Shown: positions 8,359 through 17,015 of the stretch, one piece after another
How the letters are laid out: every line of letters begins with the position of its first letter
Numbering within the stretch: the stretch's first letter is position 1
DNA from: Myxococcota bacterium
GTDB taxonomy: Bacteria; Myxococcota_A; Polyangia; Nannocystales; Nannocystaceae
Assembly (NCBI GenBank): GCA_039028615.1
Contig: JBCCHT010000032.1
Location: 32,001-96,000 of the forward strand
DNA length: 64,000 nucleotides
Direction: 5' to 3'
The notes under the pieces: generated by a model
Database searches by the model: none
Told to the model about the DNA's origin: nothing
What the model saw: the letters and a program-made list of their open reading frames with translations, nothing else
Program-made: the position numbers and the translations under genes

Positions 8359-10371
8359 ATGAAGCTCTCTCGTCCCGCCCCCCTCGTTGCACTGTCTGCG
8401 TTGTCCGTTCTGGCTCCCGGTTGCGTGGACGTGACCGACATCGAGCCCGAGTTCATCGACGAGCCCGCCCACGAGCGTGACACCCAGACCGTGACCGAGG
8501 CCGACTACGCGGGTGCATGCCCGGATACGCGGTTCATCGCTCGCTCGATCAGCCCCAGCCACTGTCCCGAGATCGACGGATGGATCGCGAGGTCGCTGTT
8601 CGAGGAAGGCTCGCCGTGGCTGATGGCAGCGCCCTCGGCCGCGGTCTCCGACTCGGATGGACATCTGTGCCGCTACTCGTGGGACGAGGTGGTCGAGCTG
8701 GGGGAGGCGCATGACAACCTCGAGCTGGCCGCGACCGGCTTGGCCGCCACGGTCGATGACCCGGAGCCACCCGTCCCGCCCGTGTTGCACGACTACAGCT
8801 CCGACTGTGAGGTCGTACGGGGTCAGCGAGGCTCGGCCATCTCGGACGTCGTCGGTCCGGGGGTGCGTCAGGTCTTCCGCGATCAAATCGGCTGGGTCCC
8901 CGGGGTGGCGTTGCCGCCCGGGTCCTCACCCGTCGCCGTCGCCGTGGTCGACACGATGCCGACCAGCGAGCCCGACGACCCGCGTTCGGAGCACGGCGAG
9001 CTCATGGCCCGCATCATCGAAGACGTGGCGTGCTCGGGTGGATTTCCCTGCGACGTGTCCGTCAGTCGCATCCTGGGCTTGCCTCGCTACATCGCGGGCG
9101 AAGACCGAGATCGGGGCGGCTACGTGGGGAGCCACGGCGATCTGGCGGTGGGCATCGTGGAGTCGGTCGAGCGCTGGCGCCTCGGTCACCCCATCCCCGC
9201 CCTTCGTCCTCCGCTCATCATCAACCTGAGCGTGGGCTGGGAAGCTACGCTCTTCGGATCCGGCGAGACCGTCTCGACGGAAGCCGTCGAGATTGCCATG
9301 GAGTATGCCTCGTGCCACGGCGCCCTGCTGGTGGCGTCGGCCGGCAACTCCAACTCGGCGTGCCAAGCGGGCGCCATGGCTCCTGCGATGTGGGAGAACC
9401 GAGCGGCCCCGGACTCGGCTCGCTGTCAGGAGCTCGGGTTCCCGCCCAATAGCTGGAACTCCGGCTATCGCCCCTTGGTGCACGCGGTGGGCGGCTTGAC
9501 CTTCCAGGGCGAGGACATGCCGGGCACCCGCCCCGAGAGCATGCCGCGGATGGCCGCCCACTCGACCCATGCCTACGCGGGCAGTGCGGTGCTGAGTAGC
9601 TCGCTCACCGGGACCTCGGTCGGAGCGGCCGCGGTCACTGGAGCGGCTGCCTTGGTGTGGTCCTACGATCCTTCGCTGCAAGCCCACGAGGTCATGGAAC
9701 TCGTCTATGCGGGGAGCGCCGACTTGGGGCGCAATGCCGACCTGCACATCGCGGGCAACGGTGCAGACACCGTTCATCGGCTGGACGTCTGCGAGGTCCT
9801 GCAAAACCAGTGCTCGCAGGATGCCCTCTGCAGCGCGGCGGGGGTGAACCTCGGCTGCACGCCGCCGGCTCACCACGACATGGATGCGGTTGCGGATGCG
9901 GTCGCGAACATTCCCGTCGCCGATTCGTATGCGCCGGCCTTCGGTGCCGCCCTGGCGTGTGCACCCATCTGTGGCGTGCCCAGCGAGGCCTATAGCGAGA
10001 CGTCGACCGTCTGCAACGAGATCGAGCCCGATCCGGTGGTGTTGTTCGTCAACCCGCAGCCCAACCTGCCCACGTGCTCCAACTGCACGCTGACCGACGA
10101 TGATGCCGACGATGACGCCGAGGCGTGGCAGGTGCACGCCTCGCTCGACTCGTTCTACGACGGCGCGCCCATCGAGCGGGTCGTGGTGACGGTGACCAGC
10201 GACATCATGGAGCGCTTCGATTTCGGTGCCGTGCCGCTCAGCTCCGACCGCGTGACGGTGCTCGAGCTCGGTTCTTGGGTGGCGCCGCCCCATATCCGGG
10301 CGGCCGAGATCGACATGTACTTCACGGGAAAGGACGCGCCCGTCACGAACGACATCATCGTCAAGCAGTAG
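8359..10371 (+). CDS. Subtilase (peptidase S8) family lipoprotein, Cys-rich
   Basis: Lipobox LAPGC. Catalytic-type motifs VAVVDT (Asp), HGELMA (His), IINLSVG, SAGN (oxyanion), GTSVGAAAVTG (Ser). Confidence 0.85.
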   Translation: MKLSRPAPLVALSALSVLAPGCVDVTDIEPEFIDEPAHERDTQTVTEADYAGACPDTRFIARSISPSHCPEIDGWIARSLFEEGSPWLMAAPSAAVSDSDGHLCRYSWDEVVELGEAHDNLELAATGLAATVDDPEPPVPPVLHDYSSDCEVVRGQRGSAISDVVGPGVRQVFRDQIGWVPGVALPPGSSPVAVAVVDTMPTSEPDDPRSEHGELMARIIEDVACSGGFPCDVSVSRILGLPRYIAGEDRDRGGYVGSHGDLAVGIVESVERWRLGHPIPALRPPLIINLSVGWEATLFGSGETVSTEAVEIAMEYASCHGALLVASAGNSNSACQAGAMAPAMWENRAAPDSARCQELGFPPNSWNSGYRPLVHAVGGLTFQGEDMPGTRPESMPRMAAHSTHAYAGSAVLSSSLTGTSVGAAAVTGAAALVWSYDPSLQAHEVMELVYAGSADLGRNADLHIAGNGADTVHRLDVCEVLQNQCSQDALCSAAGVNLGCTPPAHHDMDAVADAVANIPVADSYAPAFGAALACAPICGVPSEAYSETSTVCNEIEPDPVVLFVNPQPNLPTCSNCTLTDDDADDDAEAWQVHASLDSFYDGAPIERVVVTVTSDIMERFDFGAVPLSSDRVTVLELGSWVAPPHIRAAEIDMYFTGKDAPVTNDIIVKQ

Positions 10372-10374
10372 CGC

Positions 10375-13134
10375 TCAGGGAACGAGCACGTGCAGCGTCG
10401 CCCAGCTCGAGCTCGGAGCATCGACTCTGAGCTCGAGCTGTACCGCACGGAGGGCGGCCGCGAGATCGGCCTTCGGCTGTTGGGCGAGCTGCTCGGCGAT
10501 GCCCTCACCCACGCGCAGCGCGAGCTGATCGTCGAGGGTCCCGCTGGCGGCCAGCACCTCCTGGGCTCCGGCCAGTACGAAGGCTCGACCGAGGTTGACG
10601 CCGCCCGCCCACGCTCCCGCGCTATGGGACCCGGTATCGCAGCCCGCCAGGATCACCGCGGGGGGCACTCGGGACACGGCGAGTAGATCGATGACGCCCA
10701 GCTCACCGCCGTGTAGCAACAGGGCTGCATCCCACCCACCGGCTCCTCGATGTGCCCCGTGACCGGCGTAGTGCAGCAAGGCCGCGCTCTTCAGGCTCTC
10801 GAGGACGTTGGCTCGGGTCGCGCCCTCTCCATCGTGGCGGCCCACCTGCCAGCCCGCGCTCACCAGGGTCTGTTCGACGGCCCGGGCCTCGTTGCGGGCG
10901 GCGGGGAGGTTCTGCGAGGGGTCGGCCACGACGATGGCCCGGCGGGAGTCCACCGCGGCGGCGGGACGAGGCGGAAGGTCGAGGGCATGCACCAGCGGCG
11001 CAACGTCGAGCAAGGTCCGGTCGCCCACCCGAACCTTGGCCAAGGTCGGGTCTCGGTCGCGGCCGTCCGCCATGATGCGAATGCGCGTGGCGCCGTGCAG
11101 CGCCTCGGAGAAGGTCTCGAGAGTCTCGGGGGTCCAGCGGGTAGGCCCGGGGCTCGAGGGCAGCTGAGCCACCTCGACTCGACCGGCATCGTCGCCCACG
11201 AACGCCAAGCTCTGGTTTTGGTGCGAGAGGATGAGCAGCACTCGCTCGCCGCTCGGCACGGGAGGCAGTTGCTCGCAGCTCGGGGGCGGAGGCTCGAGCA
11301 GCAGGGTTCGCGTGGCCTCTTCGAAGGCCGCCGTCGCCTCGAGGTGTCGTTCGGATCGCCGGGCGCGACGGTTGATCTGCTGGGTCTCCGAGAGCGTCCA
11401 GTCCTCGCGAGCCTGGGCCTGGAGTTCGGCCCGGGTCTCGAGCAGGCCGAACGAGACCTGCTCCCATCGTGTTCGCTCCGCTGCGGGCAGACCCGCGATG
11501 CGGGCGGCGCGGTCCATTCTTCGCAGCGCCCGACGCCGGGCCATGCGTGCGCGGCACAAGGCCTCGGTCCGCTGCCCGCGGGCGACGAGGCGCTGCACCA
11601 GGCCCCACGCACTGGCCGACCGATCCCACAGGAAGTTCTCCGCGCCCACGCCCGTGCCCCCGGACGCCGAGGCCTCGTCGAGCAGGCCTTCGGCTGCTGC
11701 GTAGGCTTCGATGGCGGCTTCGTCGAGGCCGAGCCGGGTCAGCAGCGCGCCCCGGCGCACGGCCACGCTCCAGTCGAGGCCGAGCTCACCCGAGGGCGGG
11801 GTGCGAGCGAGCAGGGGAGGGGCCTGCTCCCAGCGCCCGGTGGCCAGCGCGACTTGGGCTCCGATCTCCGCGACCCAGGGCTCGAGCCACTGCGGCACGC
11901 CGTCGGCCCGCAGTTGCTGGTAGCGATCGTGAGCGTGCTCGAAGTCGCCTTCGACCAGCGCGGCGATGGCCAGGTTCACGCGCTGGTTCACCGCTTGCGT
12001 CGGATCGGGGCACTCGTGCTCGGACGCCTGCAGCGAGCGTTCGAAGGTCTCCCAGGGCACGTCCGCGGTGTGCCCCATCTGCACCATGCGCAGCTGGGCC
12101 CATCCCAGGTTGCCGAGCAAGCCACGTCGCATATGGCAGCGCAGGCGGGTGGAGTCGGCCAGGCGCATGCCTCGTTGCACGACGGCCATGGCCTCTTCGG
12201 TGCGTCCCAGCTCGCCGAGGAGCACCGCGTGTTGCTCGAGGGTCGTCGCCTGGTGGCTGAACATGCCCAGGCGGTCGGCTCGACGCTCCGCTTCGGCGAT
12301 CTGGGCCACCGCGGTGTGGAGGTCGCCCGTGGCGCTCAGCAGCAGCCCGCGATAGTACGGCGCCCAGGAGCGCGCCTCGGAGACCGTCTCGGTCAGCTGC
12401 TCGAGCCGCTCGATCCACTGCTGCGCCCGGTGCAGTGATTTGTCGAGGATGGCCCGGTAGGCGATCGCGGAGGCGATGTCGGCGAGGTCTCGATCGGCGC
12501 CCAAGGTTCGCGCGAGTGCGGCCGCCCGCTCGGCGGTCTTGGTGCCCTCGTCGACCGCCCCGGTGTTGTCGTGCAACCGCCTCAGGCGCTGGAGCACGGC
12601 CAGCCGAGCTTCGGGCTCGAGCGTCGGCAGGGCGTCGGTGAGCACCTGAATCTCTCGGTCGTATCCCTCCGCTTTGCCGAGCGCCTTCGCTTCACCCAAG
12701 ATCGGAGGCGCGCTGGTCCACTGCAGCGGGAGGGCGAAGGGCTCGGGCCACTGCGGGTCGATGCCCCCGAGCTGCACGACCGCGGTGTCGCTCGGGGGCC
12801 GAAGCACCACGTGTTGACCGCCGTCCACCGGCCGGGTCTGCAGTTCCAGGGGCTGCCCGTCCGCCGTGGCCTGCAAGGTCGCGGATGCGTCGGCATCGAT
12901 CCACAGGTTGAGGGTGGCGGTGCCCTTGCGACCCGCTCGCACGACACACTTCGGGCCCTGGCGCGAACGGCATCCGCGGACCTCGACCGTCGGTGTCTCG
13001 CCCAGGACGATCGTCGAGGGGCTCGCGGGCGCGGGAGGAGGCGGCGGCTCCTTCGAGCACGCGGCGACCACCAGGGCGACCAGCGGTGCCCCGAGCCGTC
13101 TGCGTTCAGCCGGATGGCGACGTGACCGTCGCAT
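10375..13134 (-). CDS. TPR-CHAT (caspase-like cysteine protease) domain protein, probable lipoprotein
   Basis: LVALVVAAC signal/lipobox; TPR-like helices; CHAT motifs VVADP..LPAARNEA, LLHYAGHG (His), VILAGCDTG (Cys), AFVLAGA, LRAVQ..WA. Start approximate. Confidence 0.85.
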   Translation of the reverse strand: MRRSRRHPAERRRLGAPLVALVVAACSKEPPPPPAPASPSTIVLGETPTVEVRGCRSRQGPKCVVRAGRKGTATLNLWIDADASATLQATADGQPLELQTRPVDGGQHVVLRPPSDTAVVQLGGIDPQWPEPFALPLQWTSAPPILGEAKALGKAEGYDREIQVLTDALPTLEPEARLAVLQRLRRLHDNTGAVDEGTKTAERAAALARTLGADRDLADIASAIAYRAILDKSLHRAQQWIERLEQLTETVSEARSWAPYYRGLLLSATGDLHTAVAQIAEAERRADRLGMFSHQATTLEQHAVLLGELGRTEEAMAVVQRGMRLADSTRLRCHMRRGLLGNLGWAQLRMVQMGHTADVPWETFERSLQASEHECPDPTQAVNQRVNLAIAALVEGDFEHAHDRYQQLRADGVPQWLEPWVAEIGAQVALATGRWEQAPPLLARTPPSGELGLDWSVAVRRGALLTRLGLDEAAIEAYAAAEGLLDEASASGGTGVGAENFLWDRSASAWGLVQRLVARGQRTEALCRARMARRRALRRMDRAARIAGLPAAERTRWEQVSFGLLETRAELQAQAREDWTLSETQQINRRARRSERHLEATAAFEEATRTLLLEPPPPSCEQLPPVPSGERVLLILSHQNQSLAFVGDDAGRVEVAQLPSSPGPTRWTPETLETFSEALHGATRIRIMADGRDRDPTLAKVRVGDRTLLDVAPLVHALDLPPRPAAAVDSRRAIVVADPSQNLPAARNEARAVEQTLVSAGWQVGRHDGEGATRANVLESLKSAALLHYAGHGAHRGAGGWDAALLLHGGELGVIDLLAVSRVPPAVILAGCDTGSHSAGAWAGGVNLGRAFVLAGAQEVLAASGTLDDQLALRVGEGIAEQLAQQPKADLAAALRAVQLELRVDAPSSSWATLHVLVP

Positions 13135-13903
13135 GCACGCTGAGCGTACGCCACGCGGTGTCGTCGGGCGAACTCGGCAGCTGCTGCAACGACTCGGGGA
13201 GCGCGTCGGGGGGGCCGACCAACAGCTCGAGCGTCCATTCCCCGGGGGAGAGCGCAATGAAGCGATTGAGCGGCCCCTTCAGGTGGATACCGCCGTTGGC
13301 CGAGATCTCGACGCCCTGGGCCGGTCGTACCAGCTTCGCGGGCACGCCGTTGCGGCGCGCCACGACGACAACGGCGACCGTGTCCCGAAACGGCGTCTTC
13401 GGGGTCAGCACGAGATCGAGCGGGCCGTCGAACTGAAGCTCGATGCGCTGGCCGGGCTCGGGCTCGCCCGCGCGATCGGAGGCCTGGCCCGCGGCGAGGC
13501 GCGTGATGGAGTACGAGGGCAGCGACGCGACCAGGTCCCGTTCCGGGCTCGGCGAGCGCGGGCTGCCCCACCACAGCAGGAGCATGGCGGCGACGGCCAC
13601 CACGGCGACGACGACGGTGATCGCCGCTCCGCGACCACGGCTGGGCGACGGTGCGAGCGGGACCACGTTGTCCGACGTGTCGCTCGTAGCCTCGCCATCA
13701 TCGGTACCGGTATCGGCGTCGTTCGAAGCGTCGTCGTCCTCCGACGCATCGAGGCGCGCGAAGGCGCCATCCAGCACCGAGCCCCGCTCGTCACTCGACA
13801 AGAGGCGACTCAGCGCCTCGGGAGCATCGCCCCGGGACAGCTGGTCCTCTCGGTCTCGCAGGTCTTCGCCCAGCGCGTGCAAGATCTCGTCCTCCTCCGT
13901 CAT
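13106..13903 (-). CDS. Putative membrane-anchored anti-sigma factor
   Basis: ATGA-coupled to the ECF gene. Acidic cytoplasmic N-terminus, 'NVVPL', single TM (VVVAVVAVAAMLLLWW), extracytoplasmic beta-domain. Confidence 0.65.
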   Translation of the reverse strand: MTEEDEILHALGEDLRDREDQLSRGDAPEALSRLLSSDERGSVLDGAFARLDASEDDDASNDADTGTDDGEATSDTSDNVVPLAPSPSRGRGAAITVVVAVVAVAAMLLLWWGSPRSPSPERDLVASLPSYSITRLAAGQASDRAGEPEPGQRIELQFDGPLDLVLTPKTPFRDTVAVVVVARRNGVPAKLVRPAQGVEISANGGIHLKGPLNRFIALSPGEWTLELLVGPPDALPESLQQLPSSPDDTAWRTLSVHATVTSPSG

Positions 13904-14538
13904 CCCCCTACGGTCCCTCCTGCCTCGGCTCCCGTGGTCGAAGCGTTGGCGAGCCGTTGGCTCACGATGCGCGCCTGTTTGCGGGTGCGATAGCACCACG
14001 CGTTCACGGCCCCGCGCGACATCTCGAGTCGGCTGGCGACCTCCGTCGGCTCGAGTCCCTGCACGAACAGGAGATCGAATAGCTCCACGTCGCGTGGGCT
14101 CATTCGTGCGTGCAGAGCCTCGAAAATCTCACTGAGTCGGGCCCGGTCCTCGATTCGTTTGTCGAGGTCGCCATCGAGTTCCTCTTGGTACTCGAGCTCC
14201 CCTTCGCCCCATGGGTGCCCGCGGTGTCGATTGAGCACCCGGGCCACGCGACGCCGCGCCACCAGACGCACGAAGCTCTCCAGGCTTCGACCTCGCTGTG
14301 GGTCCCAGCGCCGGAGCTCTCGGGCGTCGTGTTCGAAGAGCGTGACCAGGACCTCCTGCACGAGGTCTTGCACGTCTTGTCGCGGGTCCCGGCCGCGGTC
14401 CTTGGCCGGCCGCAGCAGCGCGATGCCGACCTCCCGCGTGATCGCGTCGAGCAGTCGTTCGGCCAGGCGTCGTCGCGAGCTGGGTCGACCCGCCAGGGCG
14501 GCCTCGACCAGCTGGACGTCGTCGTGACGCGAACTCAT
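13900..14538 (-). CDS. ECF-type RNA polymerase sigma-70 factor
   Basis: Region 2 'DVQDLVQEVLVTL..LRRWDP.RG.SLESFVRLVARR'; region 4 'GLEPTEVASRLEMSRGAVNAWCYRTR'. Confidence 0.9.
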   Translation of the reverse strand: MSSRHDDVQLVEAALAGRPSSRRRLAERLLDAITREVGIALLRPAKDRGRDPRQDVQDLVQEVLVTLFEHDARELRRWDPQRGRSLESFVRLVARRRVARVLNRHRGHPWGEGELEYQEELDGDLDKRIEDRARLSEIFEALHARMSPRDVELFDLLFVQGLEPTEVASRLEMSRGAVNAWCYRTRKQARIVSQRLANASTTGAEAGGTVGG

Positions 14539-14824
14539 GACGCGGTGTTATCACAAGCCGCGGCTGCGCCCGGTCCGGTTCGATATCGACGCCGGCAAAT
14601 GCGGTTCGCGGCCCCCCGGCCCCGATACGCCCGGCGTGCGACCGCGGGGGCGGTCTCGGTCCGATGGGGCGGCCCCCGGGTGTCTGGTTCCTGCCGATTT
14701 GTTCCATCCCATGTGCCCGTTGTCGCTCGTCGCCCGGCCGATGACGGGCCGTATTTTTTTCGAGTGCAGGCGTCATCGATCGACGGGGCATGGCCAAGGG
14801 GTGGACAGAAAGGAACCCGTCATC

Positions 14825-15043
14825 ATGAAGCGTAAGAAGAACATCAAGCCGCAGCTCACTGCTACCCGAGGGCCCGCCACCGGCCTCGCCGAGATCGGCG
14901 AAGAAGAGTTGGCCGGCATCAGTGCCGGAAGTGGCTCCCACCATGTGCAGTGGTACGAGTGGTCGGTTTGGCGATTCAACGGCGGCCCGCAGGTTCCGGG
15001 ACAGGGTCCCGCTGCCCCCCACAACCCCAACACTCAGAGCTGA
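14825..15043 (+). CDS. Putative RiPP precursor peptide, 72 aa (double-Gly-type leader; Trp-rich core)
   Basis: AAGGA RBS. MKRKKNIKPQLTATRGPATGLAEIGEEELAGISAG|SGSHHVQWYEWSVWRFNGGPQVPGQGPAAPHNPNTQS. Hidden inside the longer 14537-15043 ORF call. Confidence 0.75.
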   Translation: MKRKKNIKPQLTATRGPATGLAEIGEEELAGISAGSGSHHVQWYEWSVWRFNGGPQVPGQGPAAPHNPNTQS

Positions 15044-15069
15044 GCTTCACCGCTGCTCGCCACGTTCGC

Positions 15070-15104
15070 CCCCCGGCCGCGAGGTTCGTCCTCGTGGTCG
15101 GGGG
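15070..15104 (+). terminator. GC-rich stem-loop between the precursor and oxygenase genes
   Basis: CCCCCGGCCGCGAGG-ttcgt-CCTCGTGGTCGGGGG: 15-bp stem with two G-U pairs. The T-run (15121-15126) lies 16 nt downstream, so it may be an mRNA-stabilising or attenuating hairpin rather than a strict terminator. Confidence 0.6.
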
Positions 15105-15134
15105 TCCACTCGGTCTGCCCTTTTTTGGAGCGAG

Positions 15135-17015
15135 ATGATGTCCGCGCAACGACCCACGCCCGACGAATTTTGGAACACGATCGTTCCCCGCCATGAACCC
15201 GCCGTCTGGCGCGGTGCCGTCTCCGACATGGAGATCGTGAAGCTCGCCCGCGATGGGGCCGACCCTCTGCTGGATCGGCTGTCGGCCACGTGTGGCGATC
15301 GCCGGGTTCATGTGACCGGGTGTCCGCCCAGCGCCGAGGGCAAGATGGGTTTTCACGAGACCTTGTGGCCCGACTGGTCGCGGCGGGGCTCGACCTTCGA
15401 TGCCTTCATCGCCGATCTTCGTACCGAGCGGGCGCAGCCCAGCGGTCACTGTGCCTACATGCAGTCGGCGCCCATCGGCTCCGCGCTGCCCGAGCTGCTG
15501 CCCCTGACCTCGATCTGGCTCGCCGACGAGCAGCGCATGCAGGCCGAGAGCCGACAGCTATGGATGGGCAGCGGCGGTCAGCGACTCGCCGTTCACCAGG
15601 ATTCGACCCACAGCATCATCTGCATGGTCTCGGGCCACAAGGAGTTCATCCTGTTTCCGCCCGACCAACATCGGAACCTCTACACCGCGCCGCAGGGGCG
15701 CCTGTTCGAGTGGCCGTGGCGCAGTCGCGTCGATCCGCGTCGGCCCGACCTCGAGCGCTACCCTCGGTTCGCCGATGCGTTGGCTGCCTCGCGGACGATT
15801 CGCATCGGCCCGGGCGACGTGTTGTTCTTGCCCGCATATTGGTGGCACTCGGTCGACTCGTTTGGGCTCAACATCATGTTCAACTCGCGGTGGCTCGACG
15901 TCGAAGCCTCGCGTCTCGACGACGTCACCGCGGCCTTTGCCCACGGGGTGGTGAGCGCCCGGACGCTGCCGCCGTCGTTGCAGGAGCGGCTCCGCTCCGA
16001 GATCTCGACGCATGCGCTCGGAGACGAGGTGGAGTCCGCCCTCGACGACCAAGAGCGGGCACCGTGGATCGATGCGCTGCGAGCCGGCACCGCCGTTCGA
16101 GCGTCCGCCTCCGCGCGGACGCTCGACTGGGACCGGGAACTCGAGCTCGGCCCCGACGTCGTGGCTACGATGGGGGAGGCAGGCGTCTGCCTGCGCAACG
16201 ACGATACCGGGGCCACGCGAACCCTGGACTGGGACTTCGCCCCCGTGCTCGAGCAGTTCGGCCGCCCACGAACGCCCGCAGATGCGCTCCGTGCTCTGCA
16301 AGAGCAGTTCGACGTCGACGCGGCGGTACTCGGTGAGCAGCTCGTCGAGCTGGTGGCGGGCGGAATCTTGGTGTGCACCGATCCGCGACAGCGTACCGAC
16401 GATGAAACCCGGCTGCGCGCGACGGTTGCCCATACCGTGCTCGCGGCCCGCGGACTGCCTCTCCATCACCGTCGAGCGCTGAGGTACGCGCTCGAGATCT
16501 TCGCGTTCTTGCGCGAGGGCGAGCCCTATCCCGAGACCGAGCCGGCCCACCGCGGGGTGCTCGGCGTGCCGATGCTCGATGCGAATCGGCGCTACCTCGA
16601 AGGCCTGGTCCGGGAGCGAGTGCAGCAGCGCTTCGGCGAAGAGCTCGTGCCGGACGACTCGTGGGAGACGCCATATCGACTGGACCACACGCGGTCGATG
16701 ACGGTGGGAGCGGGTGGGCTGGTGCTGGTCGGGACCTCGGAGCAGACGCTCCTGTTGCCGTGGCACGAGGTCGAAGTGCTGTCCGAATTCCGCGAACCGC
16801 GACGCCCCGCGGACGTCTTCGCCGAGATCGATGCGCAGTGGGACACGACGCAGGAGCAGTTTCGGGCGTTGGTGACCCGGTGGATCGCGTGGGGAGCCCT
16901 CGTGCCCGTGGAGCGGGCGGCGGAGGCGAACGGCGGCGGCTACTGCTGCAGGCAGACGACCGACCACTCCGCCGAGCAGTCGCTGCTGGCGCTGGGCAGG
17001 ATCCACTCCGCGTAG
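15135..17015 (+). CDS. JmjC/cupin-8 Fe(II)/2-oxoglutarate oxygenase fused to two RRE/PqqD-like winged-helix domains
   Basis: GGAG RBS. LWMG..VHQD (HxD), SGHKEFILFPP, PDLERYPRF, GPGDVLFLPAYWWHSV (His). Two C-terminal 3-beta/3-alpha units end in 'LVELVAGGILV' and 'VTRWIAWGALV'. Confidence 0.85.
   Translation: MMSAQRPTPDEFWNTIVPRHEPAVWRGAVSDMEIVKLARDGADPLLDRLSATCGDRRVHVTGCPPSAEGKMGFHETLWPDWSRRGSTFDAFIADLRTERAQPSGHCAYMQSAPIGSALPELLPLTSIWLADEQRMQAESRQLWMGSGGQRLAVHQDSTHSIICMVSGHKEFILFPPDQHRNLYTAPQGRLFEWPWRSRVDPRRPDLERYPRFADALAASRTIRIGPGDVLFLPAYWWHSVDSFGLNIMFNSRWLDVEASRLDDVTAAFAHGVVSARTLPPSLQERLRSEISTHALGDEVESALDDQERAPWIDALRAGTAVRASASARTLDWDRELELGPDVVATMGEAGVCLRNDDTGATRTLDWDFAPVLEQFGRPRTPADALRALQEQFDVDAAVLGEQLVELVAGGILVCTDPRQRTDDETRLRATVAHTVLAARGLPLHHRRALRYALEIFAFLREGEPYPETEPAHRGVLGVPMLDANRRYLEGLVRERVQQRFGEELVPDDSWETPYRLDHTRSMTVGAGGLVLVGTSEQTLLLPWHEVEVLSEFREPRRPADVFAEIDAQWDTTQEQFRALVTRWIAWGALVPVERAAEANGGGYCCRQTTDHSAEQSLLALGRIHSA

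Noticed and set aside
14537..14824. N-terminal extension of the precursor ORF to 168 aa; similarly the 14922 start for the oxygenase
   Set aside because: RBS-supported starts at 14825 and 15135 fit better; the extensions overlap the promoter region or the precursor and look non-coding.
16940..17015. 76-bp convergent overlap of the oxygenase and DUF1554-like genes
   Set aside because: Such 3' overlaps recur in this window (1309-1378, 29591-29612) and are common in high-GC genomes; no functional link can be supported.
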